20,300 nucleotides of DNA from Pseudomonadota bacterium (GCA_043718025.1 JAYSWN010000178.1:1-20300); one strand, 5' to 3'. Shown: positions 1-8,019, counted from the stretch's first letter. Made by a program: numbers and translations. Notes: generated from the sequence alone by a model not told the origin.

Positions 1-3
1 AAC

Positions 4-29
4 GAGATCCTTCGGCTGCGCCTCAGGAC
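4..29. repeat. REP-like short palindromic element (probably half of a pair whose partner lies left of the window)
   Basis: GAGATCCTTCGGCTGCGCCTCAGGA, with internal pairing TCC/GGA and GGC/GCC. Resembles the widespread GAGATCCTTCG...CTCAGGATGAC extragenic repeat class. Only one copy is in the window. Confidence 0.4.
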
Positions 30-31
30 AC

Positions 32-95
32 GTTCCGGTCGGGAAGAAATTTAGGACCGCCCTTCGGGCGGATATTTTCATTTCCCGACAGGAAC
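32..95. other. Long imperfect inverted repeat / stem-loop
   Basis: GTTCC(32-36)/GGAAC(91-95), GTCGGGAA(38-45)/TTCCCGAC(82-89), GAAA(46-49)/TTTC(76-79), apical CCGCCC-TTC-GGGCGG (57-71). Confidence 0.65.
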
Positions 96-99
96 TAAT

Positions 100-127
100 T
101 AAAGCGGTTACGCAAACTTACCGAAAA
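100..127 (+). promoter_or_regulatory. Putative sigma28 (FliA)-type promoter
   Basis: TAAA(100-103)-N16-ACCGAAAA(120-127), versus consensus TAAA-N15/16-GCCGATAA. Lies 38 nt before the ATG at 166, which has an AAGGA RBS. Confidence 0.45.
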
Positions 128-165
128 GGAGACGGGTAGTAACAAACTAGAGTTAAGGAACTTTT

Positions 166-2883
166 ATGCGAACGGTGATCAACCGCGTTTTCTCTCCTCT
201 TTTAGCCGCGAGTCTACTGACTCTCGTTTCGGGATGTGGAGAGACGCACTCGTTCACTTCGATACCCAATGCCCCGGCAGCCACCTCAACCCCGGCGCCC
301 ACGACTCAATCGAGTACGATTACCGACTTTTATCGAACGGTTTCAGCCGGCCCCAGCCTCTCCTTCAATAATTTAACCGGCGGCGTAAACGACCTGGTCA
401 TAAATCCAGTCACCAAATTGCCGTCCGTTATCTACTACGACAAGAGCAGCACCGCCTCGGGCACAACTGCCCTTGGAGCATTGAAGTATGCCTACATGGA
501 CTCAATGGGTGGCTGGCGGGTCGAAGTGGTAGACGCAAACTACGGCACCGCCCTGTGCGGAGTGGTGAACTCATTTTGCCTAGGCGCCCCCAATGTGGCG
601 GCCGGAAATACCGCTTCCATTATGAAGTTAGCGTTTCGCAGCGATGGAACTCCGGCGATTGCGTACGTCTTTGGCGCCAGCGTTGCCACGGTGGGTGGCA
701 CCAAGCAAGTTCGCTTTGCCGAAAGAAGCACGTTCGGAACGTGGTCGGTGAGCGCGCCGTTTTCATCGCCCGTTGCCGCTTTAGCGACCAATGTGGCGAC
801 CGCCGCAACGGTTGATCCGATCAAAGGCGTCACCCTAACCTTTGACACTCAAGACCGGCCGCACATTCAGTTCGCTTTTTATACGCAAACGATCACCAGC
901 AGTGAACTACGCTACCTCTTTCGATCAAGTACCGGTTCGTGGACAAGCTCGACAATCACCTCGGCGGTTTCAGGCGCGGGTACCATTACCGCCGTCGGAC
1001 AAGGGGTAAACCAAGCGGGCGGAGTCCTCTGCCGATCCTCAAATAAAGTGCTTTGGAGCTCACGCCTTATCAATGCCGCCGCGGGAGTTGGGCAGCCCCT
1101 TTATATCACCTGCACGGCTACCGACACAGCCGGTGCCTGTAACTCGTTCACTACCTTAAATCTGGCCGCGGGTTGTGCTGGTGCCACATCCTGTTTTTCG
1201 TCAATTATTACCACGGCGACGGATGCCGGCAGTCGGTCCGATATCGTAATCGATGCCGGAACGCTGCGCCCTTTACTAGCCATTTATTCCAACGCCACGC
1301 CCGCCACAACTTTGCTTACCGCGCCGGCTCCCGCTTCTTGCGAACAAGTGCAATCAAGCGCAGCGGCGGCATGGGGGACACCGCTAGTCGTAGGGGCGGC
1401 ATCGCAAGGTTTGAACGGGCTCGAGTTATTGCCGTCCACCTCGGCGCTGAATTTTAATTTTTTGATTTACCTTACGGGCGCGGCCTCGGTGAACGTCAAT
1501 AAAGCAACCGGAGTGGCCGGTGCCTGGCTTGCGACCGGTGCCACGGTAGAAAACGTAGTGGTCGCCTCCGAAGGGGTGGGCGGCGCATACGATTCCACCA
1601 ACGATATTTTATATACGTCTTACGCCGCAGTACCCGCCGCAGCCGCTGGCGCCACAGGTAACGACATAAAAGTGGCCTACACGAACCAGGCGGAGATTGT
1701 AAACGCGGGTGCCGCCGGTGTTTTCATTACGGAGAACATCGATAATACCAACAACTTTTTTCCGAGTACCGCGCTGCCGGTGCTCAGCGCGGCAAAGTCA
1801 TCTACGGGTACCATTGGGTTCGCCTTTTTCTATCAGGATGCCACGGCGACTGATGCCAAACTCTATTACGGCGTTCGCTCAGGAAACGGTGCTTCGCCGT
1901 CCTTCGGTTTGAATGCCGTGGTGAATCATGTAGAAGGCGCGGCTAGCCCTCAATTTGTAGGATCGTACCCCTCGCTCATTTTTGATAGTTCCAACAACCC
2001 GGCCATCGCCTTTTACAATGGCGTGGCCGCACAACAGAACTTAAACGTAGCGCGCTCCACCGATGGGGGATCTAACTTCACGGTTACGGTGGTCGATGAT
2101 GTGGCGGCCAACGTGGGACTCTATCCTTCGATCGCCCTCACCAGCTCGGCTTTAGGGGTTGCCTACTATGACTCAACCAATACCGGACTAAAACTGGCGC
2201 GTTACTCGGCAGCCCAGGGCTGGAGAAAATTCTTTGTCGATGGAGTGGCAGGAACCGGCTCGTGCGGAAATGCCGCCGACGATGCTGGCTCGTTCGTCGT
2301 TTTAAAATTTACCTCTACCGGCAATCCGGTCATTGCCTATCAATCGCAAAACGCCCTAAAGGTGGCCTACGCTACCGAAGCCATCGGCTCGCTCACCTAT
2401 ACGTGGAACTGCCTCAACCTCGACAATTCGGCTAATACTCGCGCCGCAGGAATCTCGATGGATATTGGTTCCGACGACAGAATTCATATTTTACATTTCG
2501 ATGCTACGGCGGGATCCATGCGCTACGTTACTTGCGCATCCAGTGCGGCCAGCTGCTTTGCCAGCGGCAGCACCGCCTTTTCAGGCAGCGTTCTTGAAGG
2601 CGTGGGCAGTACCACCGCAATCTCAACCAAACCGGCGCTGCGCTTGAGCGGCGCTACGGTTTACGCCAGCTATTACTCTGCTTCGTCGCAACGACTGCGA
2701 CTGGCCACGCTACTTTCGGGTTCCACCTGGAGTTTTGAATCGCTCGATACGGCACCCAACAGCACCTTCGTTTCGCAGGTGGGTCAGTACGCCGACATGG
2801 TAATCAATTCGTTTGGCTACCCTACCCTCTTCTATCGATCGAATGAAAACTGGCTTCGCTATTTTTCGCGCGAACTACAATAA
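166..2883 (+). CDS. Large surface lipoprotein with about 14 beta-propeller blade repeats (BNR/Asp-box-like)
   Basis: Lipobox VSG-C24, then a Pro/Thr/Ala linker. Recurrent blade motif (G..xSL.FD..G.P.IAYYD....LKYA....W....VD) and one Asp-box STDGGSNF. 12 further Cys. RBS AAGGA upstream. Confidence 0.8.
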   Translation: MRTVINRVFSPLLAASLLTLVSGCGETHSFTSIPNAPAATSTPAPTTQSSTITDFYRTVSAGPSLSFNNLTGGVNDLVINPVTKLPSVIYYDKSSTASGTTALGALKYAYMDSMGGWRVEVVDANYGTALCGVVNSFCLGAPNVAAGNTASIMKLAFRSDGTPAIAYVFGASVATVGGTKQVRFAERSTFGTWSVSAPFSSPVAALATNVATAATVDPIKGVTLTFDTQDRPHIQFAFYTQTITSSELRYLFRSSTGSWTSSTITSAVSGAGTITAVGQGVNQAGGVLCRSSNKVLWSSRLINAAAGVGQPLYITCTATDTAGACNSFTTLNLAAGCAGATSCFSSIITTATDAGSRSDIVIDAGTLRPLLAIYSNATPATTLLTAPAPASCEQVQSSAAAAWGTPLVVGAASQGLNGLELLPSTSALNFNFLIYLTGAASVNVNKATGVAGAWLATGATVENVVVASEGVGGAYDSTNDILYTSYAAVPAAAAGATGNDIKVAYTNQAEIVNAGAAGVFITENIDNTNNFFPSTALPVLSAAKSSTGTIGFAFFYQDATATDAKLYYGVRSGNGASPSFGLNAVVNHVEGAASPQFVGSYPSLIFDSSNNPAIAFYNGVAAQQNLNVARSTDGGSNFTVTVVDDVAANVGLYPSIALTSSALGVAYYDSTNTGLKLARYSAAQGWRKFFVDGVAGTGSCGNAADDAGSFVVLKFTSTGNPVIAYQSQNALKVAYATEAIGSLTYTWNCLNLDNSANTRAAGISMDIGSDDRIHILHFDATAGSMRYVTCASSAASCFASGSTAFSGSVLEGVGSTTAISTKPALRLSGATVYASYYSASSQRLRLATLLSGSTWSFESLDTAPNSTFVSQVGQYADMVINSFGYPTLFYRSNENWLRYFSRELQ

Positions 2884-2899
2884 ACTAAGTCTCCCACGT

Positions 2900-4768
2900 T
2901 TACTCGCCAGGCGGGGGCACCACTTTTGCGGCGGCATCAGGCGTCGCGACTCCCAATCCACGCCCTTTCTTACCCGCAATTGGCTTAGCGGTAATATCAG
3001 ACAAATCGCTGTCGCGCCGTCCTCGTATGTAAGAGTTATTTCTGATTTGGTAATCGCGTAGGCGGTAATATAAGGCCTGGCGAAATAGCGCCATCTCGTC
3101 GCCAGCTATTTCGCTCCACGCCGTTAACCGCGCGAAACGCCGAACCAGCTCAAGTGAAGCGAAGCCCGTCGGATCTTCTGCTCCGGCAAAGTGCGCGTAA
3201 TAGCGAGCCGCCTGATCCAACTCCGCTTTGTGACGAGAGTTAAATTCAATTTGCCTTCCGACATCAATGGCGCTCTCAGGAAGCCAGCCAGTGCGTGCGT
3301 CGCGCCATTTTTTTCCTTCGTCTACAATTTTTTGTCTAAAGGCGAGCAGGGCCGCATAGGCCTCTCTCTCTTCGTCATTCTTGGGAGCCGATTCGGGCAA
3401 TTCGGTTAGCTTTGATTCCGTCTCAAAAATAGTCAGCAAGGTCTCGGGTGGCAGCCCCCTCAACCATTTGCGGGTGTGGTATTCGGTCAACGCAAAGGTG
3501 TAGAGGGTTTCAAAAACTCCAATCACATTTCTGAACGAACTTGACGCCGTCGATCGAGTGCCAGCGTGGTAACTGGTTAACGAAGCCACCGCTTTCAACA
3601 TTCTCCACATACGCATCCATGGTCGTTCGCCGTAAAGATGAACGTGGGCGGCGCTAATAATTGCCAAATGTTTCACTTCATCGCGCATCACGTTTTCTAA
3701 GAAGCGACGTAGAGCACTTCCCTCTTTGGTGTGCGCCAAAAGCATGACGTACACCGACGACGCCGACCACTCGGTCGCCATTCGGGAGTCCACATGTTTT
3801 TCGGCAAACTCCATGGTCGACGAGGCCTCATCCACTTCGGTTGGGTTGTCGATCGGCGGTGTCCACCGCATGCCGGTCAATCTTTCGATCATGCGACCAA
3901 ACGATGGACCGTGGCGATCCTCTTCAGAGCACCAAGGGCTAACGCACCAAGAGAGCCCATTTTCGATCGCGTATTTGGCTTGGGCTTCAGATTTTCCCAT
4001 AAAGCGCGCCAACCCTGGCAACAGGGCAAGAAAACCCTCTCCGCTTTGCACCGTGTACTGAACGATGGGGGCCTCGATCTCCATCGCAATTCGCATCACC
4101 CGAATCATCTCTTCTAGCGACATGTTTTCAATGTCGGCGGCGCTAATGTCTTTGATCGAAGCCGCGGGCCAAGGCCGCATCCGAAACGTTTTGTCGATTT
4201 CGCCCTCTTGATGAAAACCAAAATACGCCCACAGATTGGTATCCATATTGGCGGGAGAGTAGGCCTCGGCGGTAATCTGGTGAAGACGGATCAGCGTCCG
4301 CGGTAAAGCAATCGCCTGTCGGGCCAAGTCTTTGATCCAAGACCACAGCCCTTCACTCGGGGCTCCGGCCTCGTGAAGTTCAGTTTCCCAACGCTTTAAA
4401 AAGTCAGTGACACGTGTTTTGGTTTCGGGATCTTTCAAACGATCCATGACGTAGGCCGAGGCCTCCGGGTACGAGGGAACTTCGGTGGGCCTGATTCCCA
4501 CCACCGTTCGAACAATGCCCTCCAGCACGCGCTGTTTTTCTTTGGGCGTGAGAACTAATTCAGAGGCGGCGATGAGCATGTGGCGCGCATCTACCCTGTC
4601 TTCGGGGGAAGAATAAAAACTTTTAGTCCAATCGGCGATGAACTCCTCGGTACCTACTTTAGTGGTGCCCACCCGGTGAAACTTTAATGCACAGTGATCT
4701 GCTATTGCGCTGGCTTGAAAACTTAGTGCGTAGACAATGCCCAACAGAAACAAAAAACGAAAAGACAT
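2900..4768 (-). CDS. Ferritin-like diiron-carboxylate protein (acyl-ACP desaturase-like fold) with predicted N-terminal signal peptide
   Basis: Ligand set E(IEAP)...EEDRH...E(TEW)...DEVKH. Probable start is the ATG at 4768 (AGGGG SD upstream), giving MSFRFLFLLGIVYALSFQASA. The ORF track starts at 4819. Confidence 0.72.
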   Translation of the reverse strand: MSFRFLFLLGIVYALSFQASAIADHCALKFHRVGTTKVGTEEFIADWTKSFYSSPEDRVDARHMLIAASELVLTPKEKQRVLEGIVRTVVGIRPTEVPSYPEASAYVMDRLKDPETKTRVTDFLKRWETELHEAGAPSEGLWSWIKDLARQAIALPRTLIRLHQITAEAYSPANMDTNLWAYFGFHQEGEIDKTFRMRPWPAASIKDISAADIENMSLEEMIRVMRIAMEIEAPIVQYTVQSGEGFLALLPGLARFMGKSEAQAKYAIENGLSWCVSPWCSEEDRHGPSFGRMIERLTGMRWTPPIDNPTEVDEASSTMEFAEKHVDSRMATEWSASSVYVMLLAHTKEGSALRRFLENVMRDEVKHLAIISAAHVHLYGERPWMRMWRMLKAVASLTSYHAGTRSTASSSFRNVIGVFETLYTFALTEYHTRKWLRGLPPETLLTIFETESKLTELPESAPKNDEEREAYAALLAFRQKIVDEGKKWRDARTGWLPESAIDVGRQIEFNSRHKAELDQAARYYAHFAGAEDPTGFASLELVRRFARLTAWSEIAGDEMALFRQALYYRLRDYQIRNNSYIRGRRDSDLSDITAKPIAGKKGRGLGVATPDAAAKVVPPPGE

Positions 4769-4929
4769 CCACTCACCCCTGTCTCTTCTCCACATCGACA
4801 CCACGCGATGCGAAGCCAAACTTGCTTGCTTTAACGCAACGTATTATTTGCGCGGGTGGATGAGGACCTCTCAATCCTAAATTTGGTAACTACCGCTAAC
4901 AACTGGTAACAGTTGGATGGAAATCAGCG

Positions 4930-5979
4930 CTACTCGCGCTCGAAGAATTTCAAAGTCTCGTCGACAACAAAGTCACGCAACGGATCGGCTTCGATAAAAA
5001 TTTCGTGATATGAATTTTTTAGCACGTAATTTTTACAACTTTTCATGCGACGGCAAGTCTCGGCCATGCCGGGGTTCCAAACCCGATCGTCTTGGTCGGC
5101 GGTAAAAACGAGAAAGGGAACGTCGAGACTAGGGGCTTCGTCGTGCAGCCACCAGGTTGCTTCAAGCCCCCGTTGCAACCAACGGTTGCTGCTTCCGCTC
5201 ATAAAACTACGGGGCTCCTCACTCCAGATCGCAGTTTTTACTTTGTGGCGCGGCTCGCTGTGAGTGGCCTGCTGTTTAGCAAAATTCAGATGCTGCTCGG
5301 GCTTTTCATCGCCATGGGTGAGCACGTAGTGCATGTCGCCGCCCATCGCGATCGACGTCGAGGTAATGACGTGGGCGATGCTTTCAGAAAAATGCCCCGT
5401 GTTGATGCGAAACAATGGGGCGGAACACACGACACCATTTATGTCCCACGGGTACTTCGCCGCGAAGAGTGCGCTAATCAAGCCCCCGGTAGAGTGCGCT
5501 AAGATAAATGTTTTTTTATGGGGCCTCTTTTTAACGACGGTATCCATGAATTTTTTAAGATCAAAAACATAATCTGAAAAATTCTCAACGTGCACCATCA
5601 GCGGATTGGGTGACAGCCTTTGCGACAACCCCTGGCCACGATTGTCCATAGCGTAAATCGAGTACCCCATGGCATAAAAATTAAACATCAGTTCGGCGTA
5701 CTTCTGTGAAGTTTCGGTCCAACCCGTGACGAGTACTACCGCCCCTTTTTCTTGTTCGGGCTCGTGAACAAATTTTCGGTAAAAGATTTCGGCACCGTCT
5801 TTTCCCTTAAAGGTGCCAGATTCGGCGGAGCCGAAGAACGGCCGTATTTTGGTAACGTAGTCATGCTCTAAAGTGGCGGCGCAGGTTTGGGCGTGCGGAG
5901 GTAGCTGACCCAAGCTCAACGCCATGGATGATGAAACGAATAAACCTAAGCTCGCTGCAACCCACCAGAGACTCTTCAT
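4930..5979 (-). CDS. pldB: Alpha/beta hydrolase, lysophospholipase L2 (PldB)-like, with signal peptide
   Basis: Motifs DNRGQGLS, AHSTGG (nucleophile Ser), DQDDRV and YHEIFIE. Probable start is the ATG at 5979 (MKSLWWVAASLGLFVSSSMA). Confidence 0.8.
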   Translation of the reverse strand: MKSLWWVAASLGLFVSSSMALSLGQLPPHAQTCAATLEHDYVTKIRPFFGSAESGTFKGKDGAEIFYRKFVHEPEQEKGAVVLVTGWTETSQKYAELMFNFYAMGYSIYAMDNRGQGLSQRLSPNPLMVHVENFSDYVFDLKKFMDTVVKKRPHKKTFILAHSTGGLISALFAAKYPWDINGVVCSAPLFRINTGHFSESIAHVITSTSIAMGGDMHYVLTHGDEKPEQHLNFAKQQATHSEPRHKVKTAIWSEEPRSFMSGSSNRWLQRGLEATWWLHDEAPSLDVPFLVFTADQDDRVWNPGMAETCRRMKSCKNYVLKNSYHEIFIEADPLRDFVVDETLKFFERE

Positions 5980-6033
5980 TGCAAACCCCCACGCTGAGTC
6001 ATTATGCATAACTCGGTCGCAAGTTGAAAGTCT

Positions 6034-6049
6034 CTGGTTAAGTAACCAG
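6034..6049. promoter_or_regulatory. Dyad with perfect 7-bp arms, candidate transcription-factor operator
   Basis: CTGGTTA-AG-TAACCAG in the folK/pldB intergenic region. Confidence 0.35.
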
Positions 6050-6096
6050 TTTCCGCGCACGTCCCGTTCTTATTTGCAAAACGAACTGGCGTGAAA

Positions 6097-6582
6097 CTAA
6101 ATGGGCTTGGCGTTGATTAAGGGAAGCGCCGATAAAAGCTGTTGCGCGTTCTTTTTGCTCAACGGATCTTTCCAATCGGGCCAAACGTCATGCAAAGGGA
6201 GTAACACAAAATCCCGATCGCGAAAGCGTGGATGCGGCACCGTGATTTCGGCGTCGGAAAAAATTAACTCATCGTACGCAATGAGATCGATATCGATAGT
6301 TCGTGGGCCATTGAGAATTTCGCGCGTTCTTCCGTGTCTGTTTTCGTAGTCGCGAAAGTAGTTGAGCAATGCATGCGGTTTCCAGTCGCTCGTTCCGACC
6401 ACCACCAGATTCAAAAACTGGGGCTGCGAGGCATAACCCCATGGCGGACTCTCGTAAGTTTTTGAAACCGCGGCTTCCCACAAAACGTCTTCACGCAGCG
6501 CCGCGATGGCCTCGTCCAAATGCCCTTGCCGATCCCCGAGGTTCGATCCCAAAGCGATAGCGATTTTAGTGGTTACCTTCAT
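6097..6582 (-). CDS. folK: 2-amino-4-hydroxy-6-hydroxymethyldihydropteridine diphosphokinase
   Basis: ALGSNLGD, QPQFLN, GPRTIDIDL, VPHPR, RDFVLLPL. Confidence 0.96.
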   Translation of the reverse strand: MKVTTKIAIALGSNLGDRQGHLDEAIAALREDVLWEAAVSKTYESPPWGYASQPQFLNLVVVGTSDWKPHALLNYFRDYENRHGRTREILNGPRTIDIDLIAYDELIFSDAEITVPHPRFRDRDFVLLPLHDVWPDWKDPLSKKNAQQLLSALPLINAKPI

Positions 6583-6585
6583 GCG

Positions 6586-6924
6586 CTAATTCTTTCCGTA
6601 GTAAATGGCCGAAGAGTGCGGCTTCTCGCGCACTTCGATGGAGTGCAGCGGGAAAAACGGCGCAAGTTGATTCCAAATGAAGACAGATAGATTTTCGGCC
6701 GTCGGGTATTCAAATACCGAATCTAAGTCTTTGCCTTCCAACTCCTGCGCCACCAAACGCAGAAAAAGCCGCTTCACGGCTCTAAAATCAACCACAAAAC
6801 CCTCTTCATTTAATGGCCCTTCGAAACTGACCCGCACCACGTAGTTGTGGATGTGCGACGGTTCGTACAGCATCCCCCGATGCGAATGGCGCGCCGTAAA
6901 TCCCATTTCGCGACTGAGTCTCAT
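6586..6924 (-). CDS. 6-pyruvoyl-tetrahydropterin synthase family (QueD-like), PTPS-III type, probable FolB replacement
   Basis: FTARH, EPSHIHNY, GFVVDF, PTAENL. No Cys anywhere in the protein. The ATG at 6924 overlaps the folP stop (ATGA). Confidence 0.88.
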   Translation of the reverse strand: MRLSREMGFTARHSHRGMLYEPSHIHNYVVRVSFEGPLNEEGFVVDFRAVKRLFLRLVAQELEGKDLDSVFEYPTAENLSVFIWNQLAPFFPLHSIEVREKPHSSAIYYGKN

Positions 6925-7736
6925 TGATTTGCCCCTTCGATTGCCTGCCATGTGGCCAGGCCCCGCACCAGGCTGCCAACGTCATGCACCCGAAACACCT
7001 CGACCCCTTGACTGTAGCCCCAAAGGTTGCTGGCCAAGGTTCCCGCCTCTCGATCGACAATGGGAAGTTGGGGATTGTTCATAAGGTGGGCCAAAAAAGA
7101 TTTTCGCGAAGTGCCAATTAAAAGTTTTTCACCAATTCCCACAAACCCGGCCAGCGAGCGCATCAATTCTAAATTGTGTTCGAGATCTTTTCCGAAACCG
7201 ATTCCCGGATCGATCCAAATTTTGTGGGCGGGCACTCCCGCGTAAATAAAACGCTGGCGCCGCTCAATCAAAAAGGCTTTCACCTCGTTCACCACGCCGC
7301 GCGGGTAGACCGGGTCTTTCTGCATGGTTTTGGCGTCACCCAGACGGTGCATGAGCACCACGGTAGCGTTCGTCTTGGCCGCTACCTCGGGCATCTGAGG
7401 ATCAGAACCGGCGCTAACGTCATTAATGATGGAGGCGCCCGCCGCCATGGCGGCTTGTGCGACGGCAGCTTTTTGGGTGTCTATGGAAAGGGTAATTGTG
7501 GTGCGCTCGCGAAGGCTGCGAAGAACCGGCAGCACCCGTTCTTTTTCCTCCTCCTCGCTCACCAATTCGGCTCCAGGCCGGGTGGACTCGCCGCCGACAT
7601 CCAAAATGTGAGCCCCTTGGGAAATGAGCAGTTCAGCCTGATACAGCGCTTTGGCCAATGTGACGTACTGGCCCCCGTCAGAAAACGAGTCTGGGGTAAC
7701 GTTCAAAATTCCCATGATTTGCGGCGCCTTTTTCAC
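6921..7736 (-). CDS. folP: Dihydropteroate synthase
   Basis: MGILNVTPDSFSDGG, DVGGESTRPG, DPGIGFGK, GTSRKSF, FRVHDV. Confidence 0.97.
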   Translation of the reverse strand: MKKAPQIMGILNVTPDSFSDGGQYVTLAKALYQAELLISQGAHILDVGGESTRPGAELVSEEEEKERVLPVLRSLRERTTITLSIDTQKAAVAQAAMAAGASIINDVSAGSDPQMPEVAAKTNATVVLMHRLGDAKTMQKDPVYPRGVVNEVKAFLIERRQRFIYAGVPAHKIWIDPGIGFGKDLEHNLELMRSLAGFVGIGEKLLIGTSRKSFLAHLMNNPQLPIVDREAGTLASNLWGYSQGVEVFRVHDVGSLVRGLATWQAIEGANQ

Positions 7737-7742
7737 GCCGCC

Positions 7743-7770
7743 AATCTAAAGGATTGGCCCTGCGGCGCAA
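7743..7770 (-). promoter_or_regulatory. Putative sigma70 promoter giving a leaderless folP mRNA
   Basis: Minus strand TTGCGC-N16-TAGATT, then 6 nt to the GTG. No SD sequence. Confidence 0.45.
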
Positions 7771-7830
7771 GCGGAGATTTGAACACAACTCCGTCATCGC
7801 TATGGCCGAATTCGAAGCCGCTATTCTCTT

Positions 7831-8019
7831 TTAGTTACTTTTCTTGAGTAAAATTTCACGGTTAAGTAGCTCAACCGCTTTTTCACGTAGATTGGTCTCT
7901 TTTATCGCACGGAGGAAGCCACGAATTTCGGGGTCAATCGCCGCCAACTTTTTGAGCGAAAGATTGGAGAGATCTTTTGGCAAGGCAGACGTAGTAGCTC
8001 TGGTCGTTTTTTCCAACAT
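7831..8019 (-). CDS. Small basic hypothetical protein (62 aa)
   Basis: Fills an intergenic gap and has a GGGGG SD-like element. It has its own sigma70-like promoter and an amphipathic helical sequence. Confidence 0.65.
   Translation of the reverse strand: MLEKTTRATTSALPKDLSNLSLKKLAAIDPEIRGFLRAIKETNLREKAVELLNREILLKKSN

Noticed and set aside
112..140. c-di-GMP-I riboswitch-like GCAAAC...GAAA...GACG
   Set aside because: The P2 stem does not pair around a GNRA loop and the downstream GCAAAGC/P3 elements are missing. A sigma28 promoter explains the sequence better.
4769..4819. Upstream ORF-track extension of the diiron gene (likewise 5980-6060 and 12378-12449 for their genes)
   Set aside because: Downstream ATGs put signal peptides at the N-terminus and have better SD-like elements.
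4801..4820. Sigma54 promoter on the minus strand (TGGC...TCGC)
   Set aside because: GG-to-GC spacing is 9 nt, not the required 10.
6586..6951. Calling the PTPS gene queD with the start at 6951
   Set aside because: It lacks the catalytic Cys and sits in the folate operon. The ATG at 6924 gives ATGA coupling with folP.
7176..7847. 223-aa plus-strand ORF
   Set aside because: Antisense shadow of folP with no recognisable motifs.
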